A stretch of DNA of 64,000 nucleotides from Yuukianura sp. NJ FZ-2021 (lineage: Eukaryota): assembly GCA_046563655.1 (NCBI GenBank), contig CM102285.1:10788001-10852000 (forward strand), in the 5' to 3' direction. The position numbers and the translations under genes are program-made. Of this stretch, positions 13,122-26,959 are shown piece after piece. Under the pieces are notes generated by a model. It ran no database searches. It saw only the letters and a list, made by a program, of their open reading frames with translations, and was not told the DNA's origin. Within the stretch, counting starts at the first letter, position 1. Every line of letters starts with the position of its first letter.

Positions 13122-13194
13122 CGCCCGACGCCGGGATCGAACCGGCAACCTCAAGGTTAAAAGCCTTGCGCTCTACCGATTGAGCTAGCCGGGC
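13122..13194 (-). tRNA. tRNA-Lys (anticodon UUU)
   Basis: 73-nt cloverleaf GCCCGGC/GTCGGGC, D stem GCTC/GAGC, anticodon stem CAAGG/CCTTG around CTTTTAA, T arm GCCGG-TTCGATC-CCGGC; oligo-T Pol III terminator just downstream. Confidence 0.95.
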
Positions 13195-13769
13195 GCACTT
13201 GACAAGTCTTGGATTAAAGTTTCTTTGAATACTATAACTCGGAAAAAAACATAAAAGCGCCCGTACTATTGTAGAACATTATTGCAATAGTAATTAGTTT
13301 AAAATTAATTTTATAATGATCATTGTGTTAACTACTTTAAATTTGTAGAATATTTATAAGTTTAACATTTGCTCATGTTCCTAATTCTGCTCTAGGAAGG
13401 ATGATCGGACGCCATTGAATGCAGCACAGGATAACCTAGGATTTTGAGACATTCTAAACTTTCTAAGTTCGCTCGAAAGTTAAACTAAACATCTGATTTG
13501 AACAAAACAAAAAATAATTCACATCAAAATCAAATCAGATGGTTGGTAATGGGTAAGTCTTAACATCTCAGCAGATTTTTAATTTAATGTTTTTGAATTA
13601 ATCAAGCACAAGGGAATCCACAAGTCACAGCTAATTCGGGTTTTGAATTAGGTTCCCTTAACGCGGACGAACGCCAAACCCTGATATAGCTACAACATGA
13701 AGGTCGCCTAAGGTCAACGTTCGAGTAACTTACTGCACTTTTGAACGAACGCTGAGCGTATTGAATTTG

Positions 13770-16700
13770 ATGATGAATAATTTCCGCCAGAATTTGTCGT
13801 CCAGAAACCATAAGCTGTTTCGGAGTCTCTCTAAATTAAGTTCTGGAACCAGCACTAATTGCAGATCGCTTTCATACTCATTCAAAAGTGCAACCACATT
13901 ACCAGGTTAGTTAAGTATCACAAAACAAGTCAAAATTAATTCTAGAAATATTTTGGTTAGTCTTTACTATGTTTTGATTGTTGTTTCTCAACAGCGGAGG
14001 CTAGAGTAGTAATCTGTGGAAGTGGACTTATCGGAAATTCAGTAGCATACCATCTTGTTCAGAGTGGCTGGTCTGATATCTTAGTTTTTGAACAACATGA
14101 TCAGTATGGCAGCGGTACGAGCCTGCATGGCTCAGGAACGTTAGCTCTTCTAAAGCCAATCCAAGAGAGACAGATTATTGCGAAAAGTATTGAACTTTAC
14201 AAGAAGTTACAAGCTAGCGGACATGACATAAAGTACGAAGAATGTGGAAGTCTGTATCTTGCGCAAAATCGGGAAAGAATGGTCCAATTGAAGCGTCGCG
14301 TCGCACTAAATCGTGTGTACGGCCTGGAATGCAAAGTAATTGGATGATAATAGTTACTATTTTTACTTAATTAAGGATTCAGTTGATCTCAAATTGATCA
14401 GACACATCTACTTCTTCTCGTAGGTCCTTGGACCCATGGAAGTTGCAGAATTACATCCTCTTCTGAACACAAGTGACTTAGAAGGCGGAGTTTATGTACC
14501 TGGAGACGCAGTTGCAGATCATACTGCTTTATGTAGTACCTTGGGAAAACTTGCAATTGAAGGTGGTGCGAAATACATAAACAATTGCAGATTTGAGCAA
14601 CTACAAGTCGAAAATGGAAAAGTCGCTGCCGTTGATACTTCTCTGGGGACAATACAGTGCGAGTTCTTCGTAAATTGTGCAGGAATGGTAACCTACCTTC
14701 TCAAAGAATCTATAGATTTCTTGCAATTGAATCAGTGGTTTTATTTCCTTGTTTGTTATTACAGTGGAGTTGGGCTATTGGACAAATTTCAAACCCAAAA
14801 GTACGAATTCCTGTGCATCCGGTTGAACATTTTTATCTCAAAACTCATCCACTTGACATTGAACTGCCGGACAAGCTTCCAACCATCAGAGATTACGACA
14901 GCCATATTTACATTAGAAAATGTCCAGAAAACTCCTTTCTTATGGGAACGTTCGAAAAAGTTGCGATACCGATTTTCACTCAGGGTGTTCCTAATCGAAA
15001 TTGGAGAGAAGCGATACAAGTTGATTGGGATCATTGTGCTCCATTTCTGGATTCATGTCTGAAACGAGTTCCCCAACTCCGGGAAGGTACTTTACACTCT
15101 CTAGGTACGTAACTTCCTGATTCTGCTAGAGATTATCGGGTAGCTATGATTTCTTTAATGACCCATTTTTTTTTCATCAACAGTCAACGCCCCCGACAAT
15201 TTCACCGCTGATGGAAAATGGATCCTGGGCGAAACTCCAGAAATTGACAACTACTTTGTTGGGGCAGGTCAAAATGGGAACGCACTCCAGGCAGCGGGTG
15301 GTCTTGGCCATGCGTTGGCCCACTGGATCATTGAAGGAGAACCAGGCAAGCATTTTCGTATCAATGTTTCCATTTTATTGTTGTTAAAACGTTTGTCACA
15401 GACGTCAAGCATCAATTCAACAGTTAATTTTTTTTGTTTTTGAAATACAGAAATGCCCCTCAACGACTTCGATGTCAGACGTTTTGTTGACGTTCACAAT
15501 AATAGGTAAGTATAATAGAACGTTGAATACTACATGTATTGGTTACTCTTTTATCAAGCATTAATGTGATTTTAGACGTTTTCTGTACGAGAGAGTGAAG
15601 GAAACTGTCGGAAGGCAGTTCGCAATATTGTACCCTCTTCAGTCCGAGTATAAATATGGCCGTAGAATACGTTGCTCTCCATTATATTCTACGTTAGCCA
15701 ATCAGGGCGCCGTATTTGGTTCAAGAATGTGCTTTGAAAGGCCCTTATACTTTGACAAAGAATATAACGGTGAGAATTTTCAGCCTAATTTTATTCTTTC
15801 ACGGTGCAATGAAACGGCTTAAGTGTTTTTAATTTCCAGATCTCGATTTAATATCTTATTCATATTAATTTATTTTAGCTGGGGATCCCCCGCCAGAAAT
15901 GCCTCCGGGGACGTACTGGAAACCGTTGTTTTTCGATAACATTCGAGAAGAATATCAGGCCTGCCGGGAAGGAGTTGCTGTTATCGATATGTCATCGTAT
16001 TCAAAGTTTCAGCTCACGGTAAAACAATACAAGGATGTGATGTGATTGTAAAGCAATTTTTCCGAAAGGTTTAAGTTCTTGTTCGAATTGCTCTTATAGT
16101 CGGCTAACGATGAGGTTCTGGATTTTCTTCAATATATTTGTTCCAATGATGTGGACATTCCGCTAGGCCACATTGCCAATACTGGAATCCATAACGAGCG
16201 AGGAGGTTACGAAAACGACTGCATGTAAGTATTTTTTTGCTCATGCTCAGGATTTTCTTCGAGTTAAGATGTTTCCGGAATGTAATTTTTTATTGCGTTT
16301 TCAGGCTGGTTCGACAAGCACATAACATGTAAGTTTCATTATTGACAGAACCTTGTTTTTACACCGAACTTTCGTATTTATCTACTAAACTATTAACGTG
16401 CATTTTTGCAAAGATACTTCATGGTGTGCCCCACAAAGCAACAGACACGGATTGCTGATTGGATGAAGCGTCATTTGCCGACGGATTCATCTGTCCAGCT
16501 CACCGACATTACATCGTTGTTTACAGTTTTATTAGTAATTGGTCCCAAATCGAAGGAACTTCTTTCTCAATTGACTGACAGTGATTTGAACTTGGCACCA
16601 TCCGTTTACAGGGTGAGTTTTAATATTTTTCGGACAATGCCAAACAATCGGAACAGTATGGACTAAATTATTTTGGTTTACAGACAGTGAGTATGGGTCA

Positions 16701-17695
16701 TGCCTCAGATGTGATGGTCTTGGGAAGTAATTCTACGAATACCGGTGAACCTAGTTATGTAAGTTAATTGCGATCCTCATGTATTGAACTTGAGTACATG
16801 AAATGTGTAACATTGTTTGATTTCAGTCTTTGTACATACCGTCCGAATACGCTGTTCATGTGTACGATGAGATTATGCGGGTGGGAAAGGATTATGGAAT
16901 TAGAAACGCTGGATATTTGACGTTACGACAATTGAGGATTGAAAAATTCATTCCTTTTTATTATGAAGAAATTGACAGTGAAACCACACCGCTGGAACTG
17001 GGTTAGGAAAATTACATTTGACTTTAAATAGTGCTATTTTTAGTTTCTTAATTAAAATTGAAATTGAATTGAATTGAAATTAAAACGTTTTTTCAGGTCG
17101 CCAGTCCAGGGTAAAGTTTGACAAAAAGTATTTTATTGGGAAGTTTGCGATGCAGAGACAGCTTGAGCACGGAATCACTAAGCGTCTGGTACAATTGACA
17201 CTGAATGATGACCATGACGCTGAAAATGATATTTGGCCTCACGGAGGTATTCTGAATTCTCAAGTTTTTGAAGGAAGTAGTGCAAAAAGTATATTTTTTC
17301 AAATTATTATTAGGTGAGCCAATATTTCGTAACGGCATTTGGTGTGGGACAACAACTTCAGCCGGGTAATAAAAACAATGAATTTCCAACACAAATGATG
17401 CAGGTTGTAAGTTGTAATTTGAGATTTTTAAATTGTTTTTTGAAGCTATGCGTTCACGTTGGAGCGAAGGCTTGCTCTCGGGTTCGTTACAAATCCAGAT
17501 AAAGATGGGAAGCTTCAACCTGTGACTACGGAGTACATCATGAACAAAAATGCTCTGTATCAGATTGACATTGCGGGTCAAAAGTTCAACGTCCATGCTA
17601 GTATTCATCAACCGAAGCTCCCTGCTGCCGGTGTAACAATTTCCCATTACCACCCTACCCTACGGGACAAAGCAATACTACAGGCCAAGCATTAA
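13770..17695 (+). CDS. PDPR: Pyruvate dehydrogenase phosphatase regulatory subunit, mitochondrial (GcvT/DAO family)
   Basis: Arg/Ser-rich presequence, then LPAEARVVICGSGLIGNSVAYHL (FAD binding), PDNFTADGKWILGE, RIRCSPLY, IDMSSYSKF, GGYENDC, WPHGGEPIFRNG, YQIDIAG. Confidence 0.88.
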
Positions 17696-18412
17696 ATGCT
17701 CTAGTCAGTTCCAGGTTCCGGTCTTCCGGTGAAGAATTTTAACTCATAAACGGCCTGAAGTACGTCAATTTGCATGAAATCAGTCATAACTCATGATCGT
17801 ATTGTTTGTTTTAAGATTTCGAAATTAGTAATACTTATATTCGAGTATCGCTTCTTCAGTAAGTTCTCGTTAGTTGAATAAAGTTGATTAACTTGTCGAA
17901 CTTTTTAAGGCAGTGACACGTTTTTTCGTTTGTCTAAATTATAGCTATTTAGCTATTCAATTTAAATTTAAAGTGAACGTTTTTGCTGGTTCTGATCTGA
18001 TTTTGCTTGGCGTTGGTTAATTCGAGAGAGGTAAGCAAATGACACAGTGTCATTTGGTGACACCTATCCCATCGATTTAGAACTGACGTATGTGTATTTC
18101 TTTTGCGTGACTCCGTTCATAACAAAAATCAGCTGTTCTTACTTTACTTCATTCATAGGCAAAGTCTTCATGACAAGACAAAACAACACTGTTGTTTCGA
18201 CGTCAACTAATATCTAGGAGTACTCATCCATCACGTATTCCTCGTTGGTCGCCGGCGGGCGACGACTCACTCCTGTAGTGTAAGTTGTAGATAAACCGAA
18301 GAACCTGGTTTTCCGGTGTATCGTTTTCCAGTCCGTAATTCGGATTCGGACGCCACTGGACGTTGCGGGTGTGCTGTCGCTGTCACTGCTATCGTTGTGT
18401 TCCAGTTCCAAA

Positions 18413-19789
18413 ATGCCGTTCTACGCAGTCGCTCGGGGCAGAACTGTCGGAACGTTTCGGACATGGTATGCAGCAAGATTACGAAGTAGAACTTATTATG
18501 GGCTACTAACCATTGCCAAGAATATTAAGCAAAATAGTCTTTTGTTTTTTTTCTAGGAACGAATGTAAACGCCAAGTTCATAAATTTCCGGATGCTCGTT
18601 TTAAAAAATTCGATGACCTTAGAAGCGCAGAAGCCTTCATTAAGAACTGCCACGACCTGGAGACCACGGAGAAGCAACTAGCGCTTACTGGGCAATCGTT
18701 CCCCATTACTTGTTCAAGTTCTTCAAGAGGTTTCAATGGCTGGAAAAAGTCAGCATGCACTTCACAAAGTAACAAAGGCACTCATGATCCTGTCGCGAAG
18801 CAGCCTGTTATTGGATTTTCCAGTGCCAGCTCTTTATCTCTGCAACAAACGTCCAAGCCACAGAATGAAACCCTGCTAATTTCAGCGTCAACGAGTACCT
18901 CCACAGTCTCAGCTATGGAGGTTAATCCAAAGCGAAAATTCCAAGTAACGGAAGATAGAGTAGTTCCAATGACGAAGCGGCCGAAACTCGAAGCTGGCGG
19001 TAATGAATTCAGATTTAACCATAACGTTGACTTGAGTAACTTTACCACTGATGACGAGGGGTACGTTGTCGTTTATACGGACGGAGCTTGCAAGGGAAAT
19101 GGAAAAAAGAGGGCTCAGGCTGGAATCGGTGTCTGGTTCGGTGATGGTCATCATATGTGAGTAAACTAGATTATGAACGACCACTTTTTAGTACTCCTTT
19201 CTACCCTTACAACACAAACTTAAATTGTGTTTTTTTTTTGCACAGGAACATTTCTCTTCCGGTTGAAGGCGATCGTCGTACAAATAATACTGCCGAAATA
19301 CAGGCCGCTGAGAAGGCGCTTTGGAAAGCCAAGGAAGCCGGTAAAATTTATAAATCGGATAACTCAACTCCAACGTAAAATCAAAGACTTCCTGTAATTG
19401 ACTTCGCCTTTTCTTTGGCTTTAGGTATAAACAAACTGAATATTAGGACTGATTCTCAATTTGTCATTAATTGCATGACAAAGTGGATTAACAATTGGAG
19501 AAAGAAGAATTGGGTTTTGAGTGATGGAAAACCAGTGCAGAATCGAGTTGACCTTGAGAAGTTAAGTGCCGCTGCTAAAAACGTACAAGTGAAATGGGTA
19601 AGAATAAGAATTGGAACACGATACTCGTATACTCATACTTTTTAAATGAAGCATCAGTTGTAAACGCTGTTTTGTGATTTCGTGTTTTAGTCCTATGTGC
19701 AAGGTCATAGCGGTCATCACGGAAATGAAGAAGCGGACAAGCTCGCTGTCGCTGGAAGCTGGAGGTCGATCCCAGTTGTCCGAAAATGA
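18413..19789 (+). CDS. RNASEH1: Ribonuclease H1
   Basis: Hybrid-binding domain MPFYAVARGRTVGTFRTW|NECKRQV..ARFKKF; catalytic residues in VYTDGAC, TNNTAEI, TDSQF, GHSGHHGNEEADKLA. Confidence 0.95.
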
Positions 19790-20510
19790 TGTGATCGTGA
19801 CCTCATCACACTAGTTGTTATAGCGGCAGCTTTTCAAAAAACTAAAACGTAAGCCTTGGTACTGGTACATCGATACCGATTCTTTCGCTCCAATTTATTA
19901 TAACTTCCTGAAACATTTACCTCGTTTAATCTCTATTTTGCCTTTGATAGGGGTAATAAATTTTTACTATGATTTCGTACAATGGGATTTGATCAACATC
20001 AAGTCTTAGGCAATCATTGAATAACACGAGTAAGGTTACTAGCTAACCAAATTCACTGCCTAGATTACTTATTCTTAAAGTTTAAGGTAACAAAGTTAGA
20101 TGGGGATTGAACGATTTAGGAAAGACTCAAGGTGTAGTCTCACATACAACCACAATTAAAAGGTTGGGTGGGTTCGGATTTGAATTTGGAATCCAAATTC
20201 GAAACCAATGTCGAATTTCTAAATTCCTGAATAGGTTATGTTTTAGCATTTAGACTTCTAAATTATTATCAAGTACAAAATTTGTACTTGCAAATGTTAT
20301 TGTTGTTTAAAGGTAGTCTCGTTAAATGATTGATAATTCAGTTCTTTCACCTTTTCCGCTAAGGATGATGGAATGAACATTTGGAATTTGGCAAAATTGA
20401 GTTAAAAGGCTTTAAATGTTTACCGTTTTACGTTGAAAACAGGTCGTGGTTAAGGATAATTTAGTAATTAACTCGTTGATGAGTATATTGTTTGCATTTC
20501 TTGCATTGAT

Positions 20511-21425
<915 letters not shown>

Positions 21426-21580
21426 ATTGTTCCGCTTCCTTAAAATCGTCGGTCTTCTAGTAGTTCAGATTATGGAAGAACGATCAGTTTCAATACTACC
21501 GAAATCACGAACTATAAAAGATTATAATATTGTTATTTTTATTGGCCACAGTACTTAACTGAAAAACAAATTACGCTTTA

Positions 21581-22460
21581 AGGCCTGTTTATACCGGACC
21601 ACTGGATGGATTTTCCTTCCACTGGACTGCAATCCAGTCGTTCACACCAGATTTAATCCGTCTGGATGGATCATCCAGAGAAAGTTGGGGTGGATTTTTT
21701 TTCCACTGGACTGGATTTCCATCGTTCACACCGAAAAAATCCGTCCATGGAAATTTTTTCCACTGGATTTTCTTGTAATGTTGAGAGATGGGAGAAACGA
21801 TCCAGACCAAAAGTTCACTCAGTTCAACTTTTGGTCTGGATTGATCATCAAATTTGCAGTGTGCCCCAATCACACATGGGAGCTTTTGAGACAATAAGCT
21901 CGAATGACGAAACTAATCTCAAAAGTACAGTTTTTGGAATGTTAATTACTATTTCAAATAATTAATCAAAGTAAATAGGTTGAATTACGCCTAACAACTT
22001 ATCAACATTTAATTCAACCTACTAATACGAGGTTAGCGCTAACCTGAGCGTAACAATTAATCTGTCATGTGCAAGTATTGCTAGTCCTTGTATGTATACT
22101 GAAAAAAATTTTCTGGTATAATTCGTACGTTCTCTGAATCTTCGATATCTCCTGAGTCTTCCATTGTTAACTATTAGTTATTTTGATGTTGTCAGCTGTT
22201 GAAAACAGCAATTAACTCTTTGTTGACATATTTCAACTTTGAATGGAAAGGCAGGCGCCTTTCTGAAATCCAGGGTGGAAAAACAGCGTTCATACCGCGT
22301 CCCTGGATTTTTTTTTCCACTGGAAGGAAAATCCATCCATGGAAAAAAAATCCACCCCTCACTTTCCCCAAAATCTGGTATGAACGAGACAAATTTTTTC
22401 CACTGGACTGGACGTCCAGTGGAAGGAAAATCCATCCAGAGCTCCGGTATAAACGGCCCT
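21581..22460. mobile_element. PIF/Harbinger (Tourist-like) MITE, 880 bp
   Basis: Termini aggcctgtttataccgga and (reverse complement) agggccgtttataccgga, extended by ctggatggattttccttccactggac. TTA target duplication at 21578-21580 and 22461-22463. Several internal ttccactgga subrepeats; no transposase. Confidence 0.88.
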
Positions 22461-23067
22461 TTATACCTGCTTATTTTGTGGTTTACGTATGTACAATACA
22501 AGCGAAATCACAAGAGTAGTGACCTGGTGAAGAATGCCAGTGCCAGTGATAGTATTCGCCAAACCTTCCTCTACCTCTTGTTTCCAATCCAAGTGTGTGT
22601 AACTGTGGTGTTTAGTAAGCTAAAACAAAAACACAGAAATAATACACGTACATGAAACGAACCACAATCGAAAAATAAATGAATGACGAACTCGATCAAT
22701 GATCTACTGAAAGATGATTCAACTCAAGAGACGTAGACGAGTAAATCCGTACCTTCCCTTTCCCGATCAGATGTAAACAATAGCCAGCAAATTTAAATAA
22801 CGATGTTGACGATGACGAGAGGTGACGTAACTACTAGTACGTGCAAGTGCGACATACACCACACTGTACAGTGATTGATTAGACAACCGGATTTGCGCTA
22901 AGCCTCAACATTAGTTTTTTGTAAAGCTAATTAACAGCTCTTGAGATGAGATCTTTCACCAGAGAGGACATTCTCCACTACTCACCCACCCATTTGTTTC
23001 GTCACCTTTCCGATGAGTCAGTGGAATAGTGGGAGTTGAATCAGCTGATTAACTGGACTTTGAACGT

Positions 23068-23160
23068 GACGTAAACCAATGATAAGAAACCACGTGGCAT
23101 AATTTGCATACACTTGTCATGATTAGATTACGTAGCCTACACACACACAGGCATATAAAA
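23068..23160 (+). promoter_or_regulatory. ERSE (CCAAT-N9-CCACG) with adjacent CRE, octamer and TATA-like box
   Basis: TGACGT at 23068; CCAAT gataagaaa CCACG at 23076-23094, continuing as CCACGTGGCA; ATTTGCAT at ~23102; TATAAAA at ~23154. Confidence 0.5.
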
Positions 23161-23447
23161 CGCGTACCACACACACAACACGCGCACGTTAGTTAAATTT
23201 GCCGTTAATCAAGAACTCATGAGAATGAAAATGGATAGAATGACAGCAGCAATGCATAAGCATAACAAGCGCCCAGCCCATGTTGCTGAATTAGATTTCA
23301 TTTTAATAACAGCATCAACAAACAAGTCAAACAATCCAAATTCCAAATATACTGAACGCATAAAAATAAGTAATAGTAGGGTAATCGATTTTTACTCTTG
23401 TGCTCTTCTTTTTACAAAAAAAGAAAACCGCATGCAGTTCTTCCTTT

Positions 23448-24910
23448 TTAAACTTCTTGGATAAATGGTTTGAGTTGTTCCGCAGGTTGATGATAAGATA
23501 CCCCAGTGCCAAGTAGCGTCTTGTAAGTTTGTAGTTTCAAGGAACATTTTTCCAAAATTGATCTGAGAGTGATTTCTGGATGTTTCTTTGTATAGAGATT
23601 CAAATAAATTCCGAAGACGACTAGAAGTCCGGAGTAAATATACCTAGAAAAAGACGCAGTGATGAAACCAAAGCTCGTTAACTATATAACTGCTGAATTT
23701 GAATTACAGTATGAAGAACAAACTTACTGAGACGTGAATGGTTTTGAAAAAACCAGGAATGATATTATAATGGACACGGCCTTTCGACAAGTTGTTACTG
23801 TTACAGCGACAAATGCACCAGTAGTCCTCACTAGCTGCAGTACAATCTGGATACCAATGTATCCGGTCACAGAGAAGATGAATCCATAGCCGTAGGTCTT
23901 CATTGGATTCTAAAAAAAAATTTCCGCGTTAGGAATTTAGAATTTGGAATTACTTCCGAGTGGTTTTTGTAAATTAGAGTTCCTCACCTTTGCGCAGATC
24001 TCAAAAGCAGGTATGAAATCCCCTGACAAAAGTAAGTAGAACAAAATGTAAATTGTTCCAATACTATAAGAGTACAGAACCACTTCTGCATTTGATGCTT
24101 TATGCTTTTTCATTTCCTTTTCCTGGACGTTTCCAATAATGGCGTCGAAAAGTAATGCCGTGCTGATCATGAATAAACCTATAAGTTGAAAACACTTTAA
24201 TAAAACATTTAAAGCGACATTTAAAATCCATGCCTTCTCTTACCTATTGAGTCGAATATTGGTGACACTTTGCTATCCGCCAAGGTGAAGAAAATAAGTC
24301 CTATGCACATTAAAGTAGCTGCCAAGTAGTCTAAAGATGTGTACTTTTTTCGCTGAATTAATGACGATCCGACGAGGACGGGAATGAGCTTGCAACATTT
24401 GAAAATTACTTGGGTGGCGTAATTTAGGTGCCCAAGCGAAGCATTGGAGAATCCCATTGTCCCAACCGTTAGTAACGCTAGGAAAGCATAGACTCTGATA
24501 GGAATCCTGTTAAAAACTTTTTAGTTAGTGATTTTTTAACAAGATTTGTCATTAGTAGGCAACCAAATTACCTCCGTATAGTGTCATTCCTAAGCCTGGT
24601 TTCAGCTAGACCAAAAATAGTATAATAACAGAACTGCATAAAGGTCAGGTACCATCCATATGGCCGGAATTCTTCAAACGTGAATATTAGTTCCTATGAA
24701 ATGAAAGTCAATCAAATGTAAAATCCAAATACAAAGAACTGCTTAGAAAGATGAATGTCTCACTTGGAAGTATCCGTAAAGCAAGAAAAAAACGAAGACA
24801 CCAATTGAGCAAACGATAAATTGGCTATTTTTGTTTAAATGTCCAATGTTAAAGCACAAAAACTCCACTGGCGAGTGAGACGAGGAAGCACCGTTTAAAG
24901 CGGGTGCCAT
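23448..24910 (-). CDS. SLC35B3: PAPS transporter 2
   Basis: FFLLYGYFQ|ELIF, YGWYLTFMQF, SNASLGHLNYATQVIFKCCKLIPV, DAIIGNVQEK, VTVTTCRKAVSIIISFLVFSKPF. Start ATG is the first in-frame one in the exon. Confidence 0.92.
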
Positions 24911-25577
24911 GTTATCAATCTGATCCTGAGACAGGGCCGTGTTCTAAAAATCGCGAAAGTAAACAAGTTATTCGGAAATTTTCAATTTATTCGAAACCCC
25001 GTCCTCCGTGAAAGCGAATGTACCGATACCGAAATTCCAATCCCGTTGGATTAGAAGTTGTAAACTGGATCCAGCAGCCCAGCAGGCTGACATTAAGGAG
25101 GAGATTAACTGAACTTATCAATTTTACAGCAGTTAAGCTGCAAATGTAAAATTAGAAATGTAAAAAAAAAAAATTAACATTTCTAATTTTTTAATTTTTT
25201 GAATGGTCGGATTTCCCTCTGTTGTTCCGAGGATTCCGAGGATTAGTCAGTCAGTTCTTGACGGCCCTTGAGAAATAATTGTTGAGTGTTGACTTCGCGC
25301 AGCGGGAGTGAGAGTGATGTAAAATGTAAAAACTAAAACACAAAAGTTGAATTGGGATTTGGGATTGAAATTTATTGAACTTTGGAAACTTAAATTATCA
25401 TCTTAATCTAAAAATCAAGGTAATTAGTGATTGTTAATTGTAATTCGTAGTACATTAGATACGGTGTATTTGTCAAAACACATCCGCAACTCCTTGAACA
25501 AGAGCTTACTTTGTTGCTTGGCCCTGGTAAAAGACTTTGCCGCGACCGAGCGACGTCAATTAATTACAAACGCATAA

Positions 25578-26959
25578 ATGATTTTAACAAAATTCCTTCT
25601 GCCAACACTACGCTCATGCAGCCGGGTCAACATCATTGCCAACTCTGCAACTAGGTCAAACGCCAATCCTCCCTTGAGTCTCCGGTTTGCGTCAACTTAT
25701 AAAGCTGCATTTGTGAAACAATTTGGACAACCATTGGTAATAGAAGAAACCAAGCGCAAGGCCCTCAAAGCAGATGAAGTTCGAATAGGGGTGTATTCGT
25801 GTGGAATTAACTCAATTGACGTGTCGAATATTAATGGGGAGCTGGAACCAAAACCAAATCTGCCATTTATACCTGGATATGAGGCATGTCATAAAGAATT
25901 TATTTAGCCTTCTATGTTGCAAGACGATTAAATGACGCATTTCTATGCATTTCTGCTTTTCAGGTTTGCGGCGAAATACTTGAGCTGAGTAACAGTCCAG
26001 ATTGTGCTGCATTTAAAATTGGTCAGCGTGTTGTTGGGCTAGGTATCGAACATGCTGGTGGATTTGCAGAGGAAATGACCATCAGTGTCAAGGTGAGCTA
26101 TCCATTTTTACTTATGCGTTGGAACTTCCAACTTGGAAGAATACGATCGTATTCCAGCTCGAGACAGATCGTTTTTGCGCAGTCGTTAAACATAATTTCT
26201 GACTTAACAGGATGTTTGGGGTATTGATCCAGCAGTTAGTTTCGGAGAAGGAGCGTCTCTAGTAAATTCATATGGAACAGCTCTTTTGGCACTGACACGG
26301 AGAGCCACAATTGAGGAAGGAGATACAGTTTTAGTCACGGGAGCAGCGGGAAGACTTGGACTGGCTGCAGTTGATTTAGCTGCAAACGTTTACCGATGTA
26401 AAGTAATTGCAGTTTGTGCTACAGAGGACAAGTCAACTTTAGTTCGGGAACGAGGAGCGTATGCCACTGTAACTTACGGAAGGCAAGATCTGGCTGCCCA
26501 AGTCAAGAAAGTTACTGGAGGAAAAGGTGTGTCCATCATAATTGACTCAGTTGGTGGCGATCTCTTCAGGGAAGTAATTAAATGGTAAGCACAAGCACTT
26601 TAAGTAAAACTCGACATTTGGTATAATAATCGTCCTCGTAAATATTTTAATGATTTTTCAGTGTGGAAGACGAAGGGAAAGTCGTCGTAGCGGGATTCGC
26701 TTCCAAGAAAATTCCACAGATAACTGGTGAAGAACTGCTAGAAAATTCATTCAGTGTTCTTGGCGTTTCGTTGGAGCAGTACCGGAAGAAAAAATTTCAG
26801 GTTTACAGAGAAGCTGTGACAGACGTAATTGAAATGTGTGAAGAGAAATTAATAACTCCTCATCCCTCTGTCCATTTTCCACTAGAGAAAGTCAATGAGG
26901 CCTTAGCTGTACTTCAGGATAGAAAATCTATTAGCAAACTTGTCCTAGATTTGAAATAA
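25578..26959 (+). CDS. Zeta-crystallin/quinone oxidoreductase-like protein 2 (MDR family) with mitochondrial-type presequence
   Basis: EVRIGVYSCGIN, LPFIPGYE|VCGEI, GDTVLVTGAAGRLGLAAVDLA, TGGKGVSIIIDSVGG, FPLEKVNEAL. Confidence 0.85.

Noticed and set aside
18413..19789. RNase H as a retroelement domain
   Set aside because: It has introns and the cellular hybrid-binding domain, with no RT, integrase or LTRs.
21589..22655. ORFs of 66-138 aa with repeated WMDFPS/QWKK motifs; CRISPR-like appearance
   Set aside because: They are translations of MITE subterminal repeats; there is no regular repeat-spacer period and the context is eukaryotic.
23219..23464. 81-aa ORF downstream of the TATA/ERSE
   Set aside because: Antisense to the SLC35B3 3' end, AT-rich and without recognisable motifs.
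25148..25190. 14-bp inverted repeat in the SLC35B3/quinone oxidoreductase divergent promoter
   Set aside because: Almost all A/T around a poly-A loop; too weak to call.
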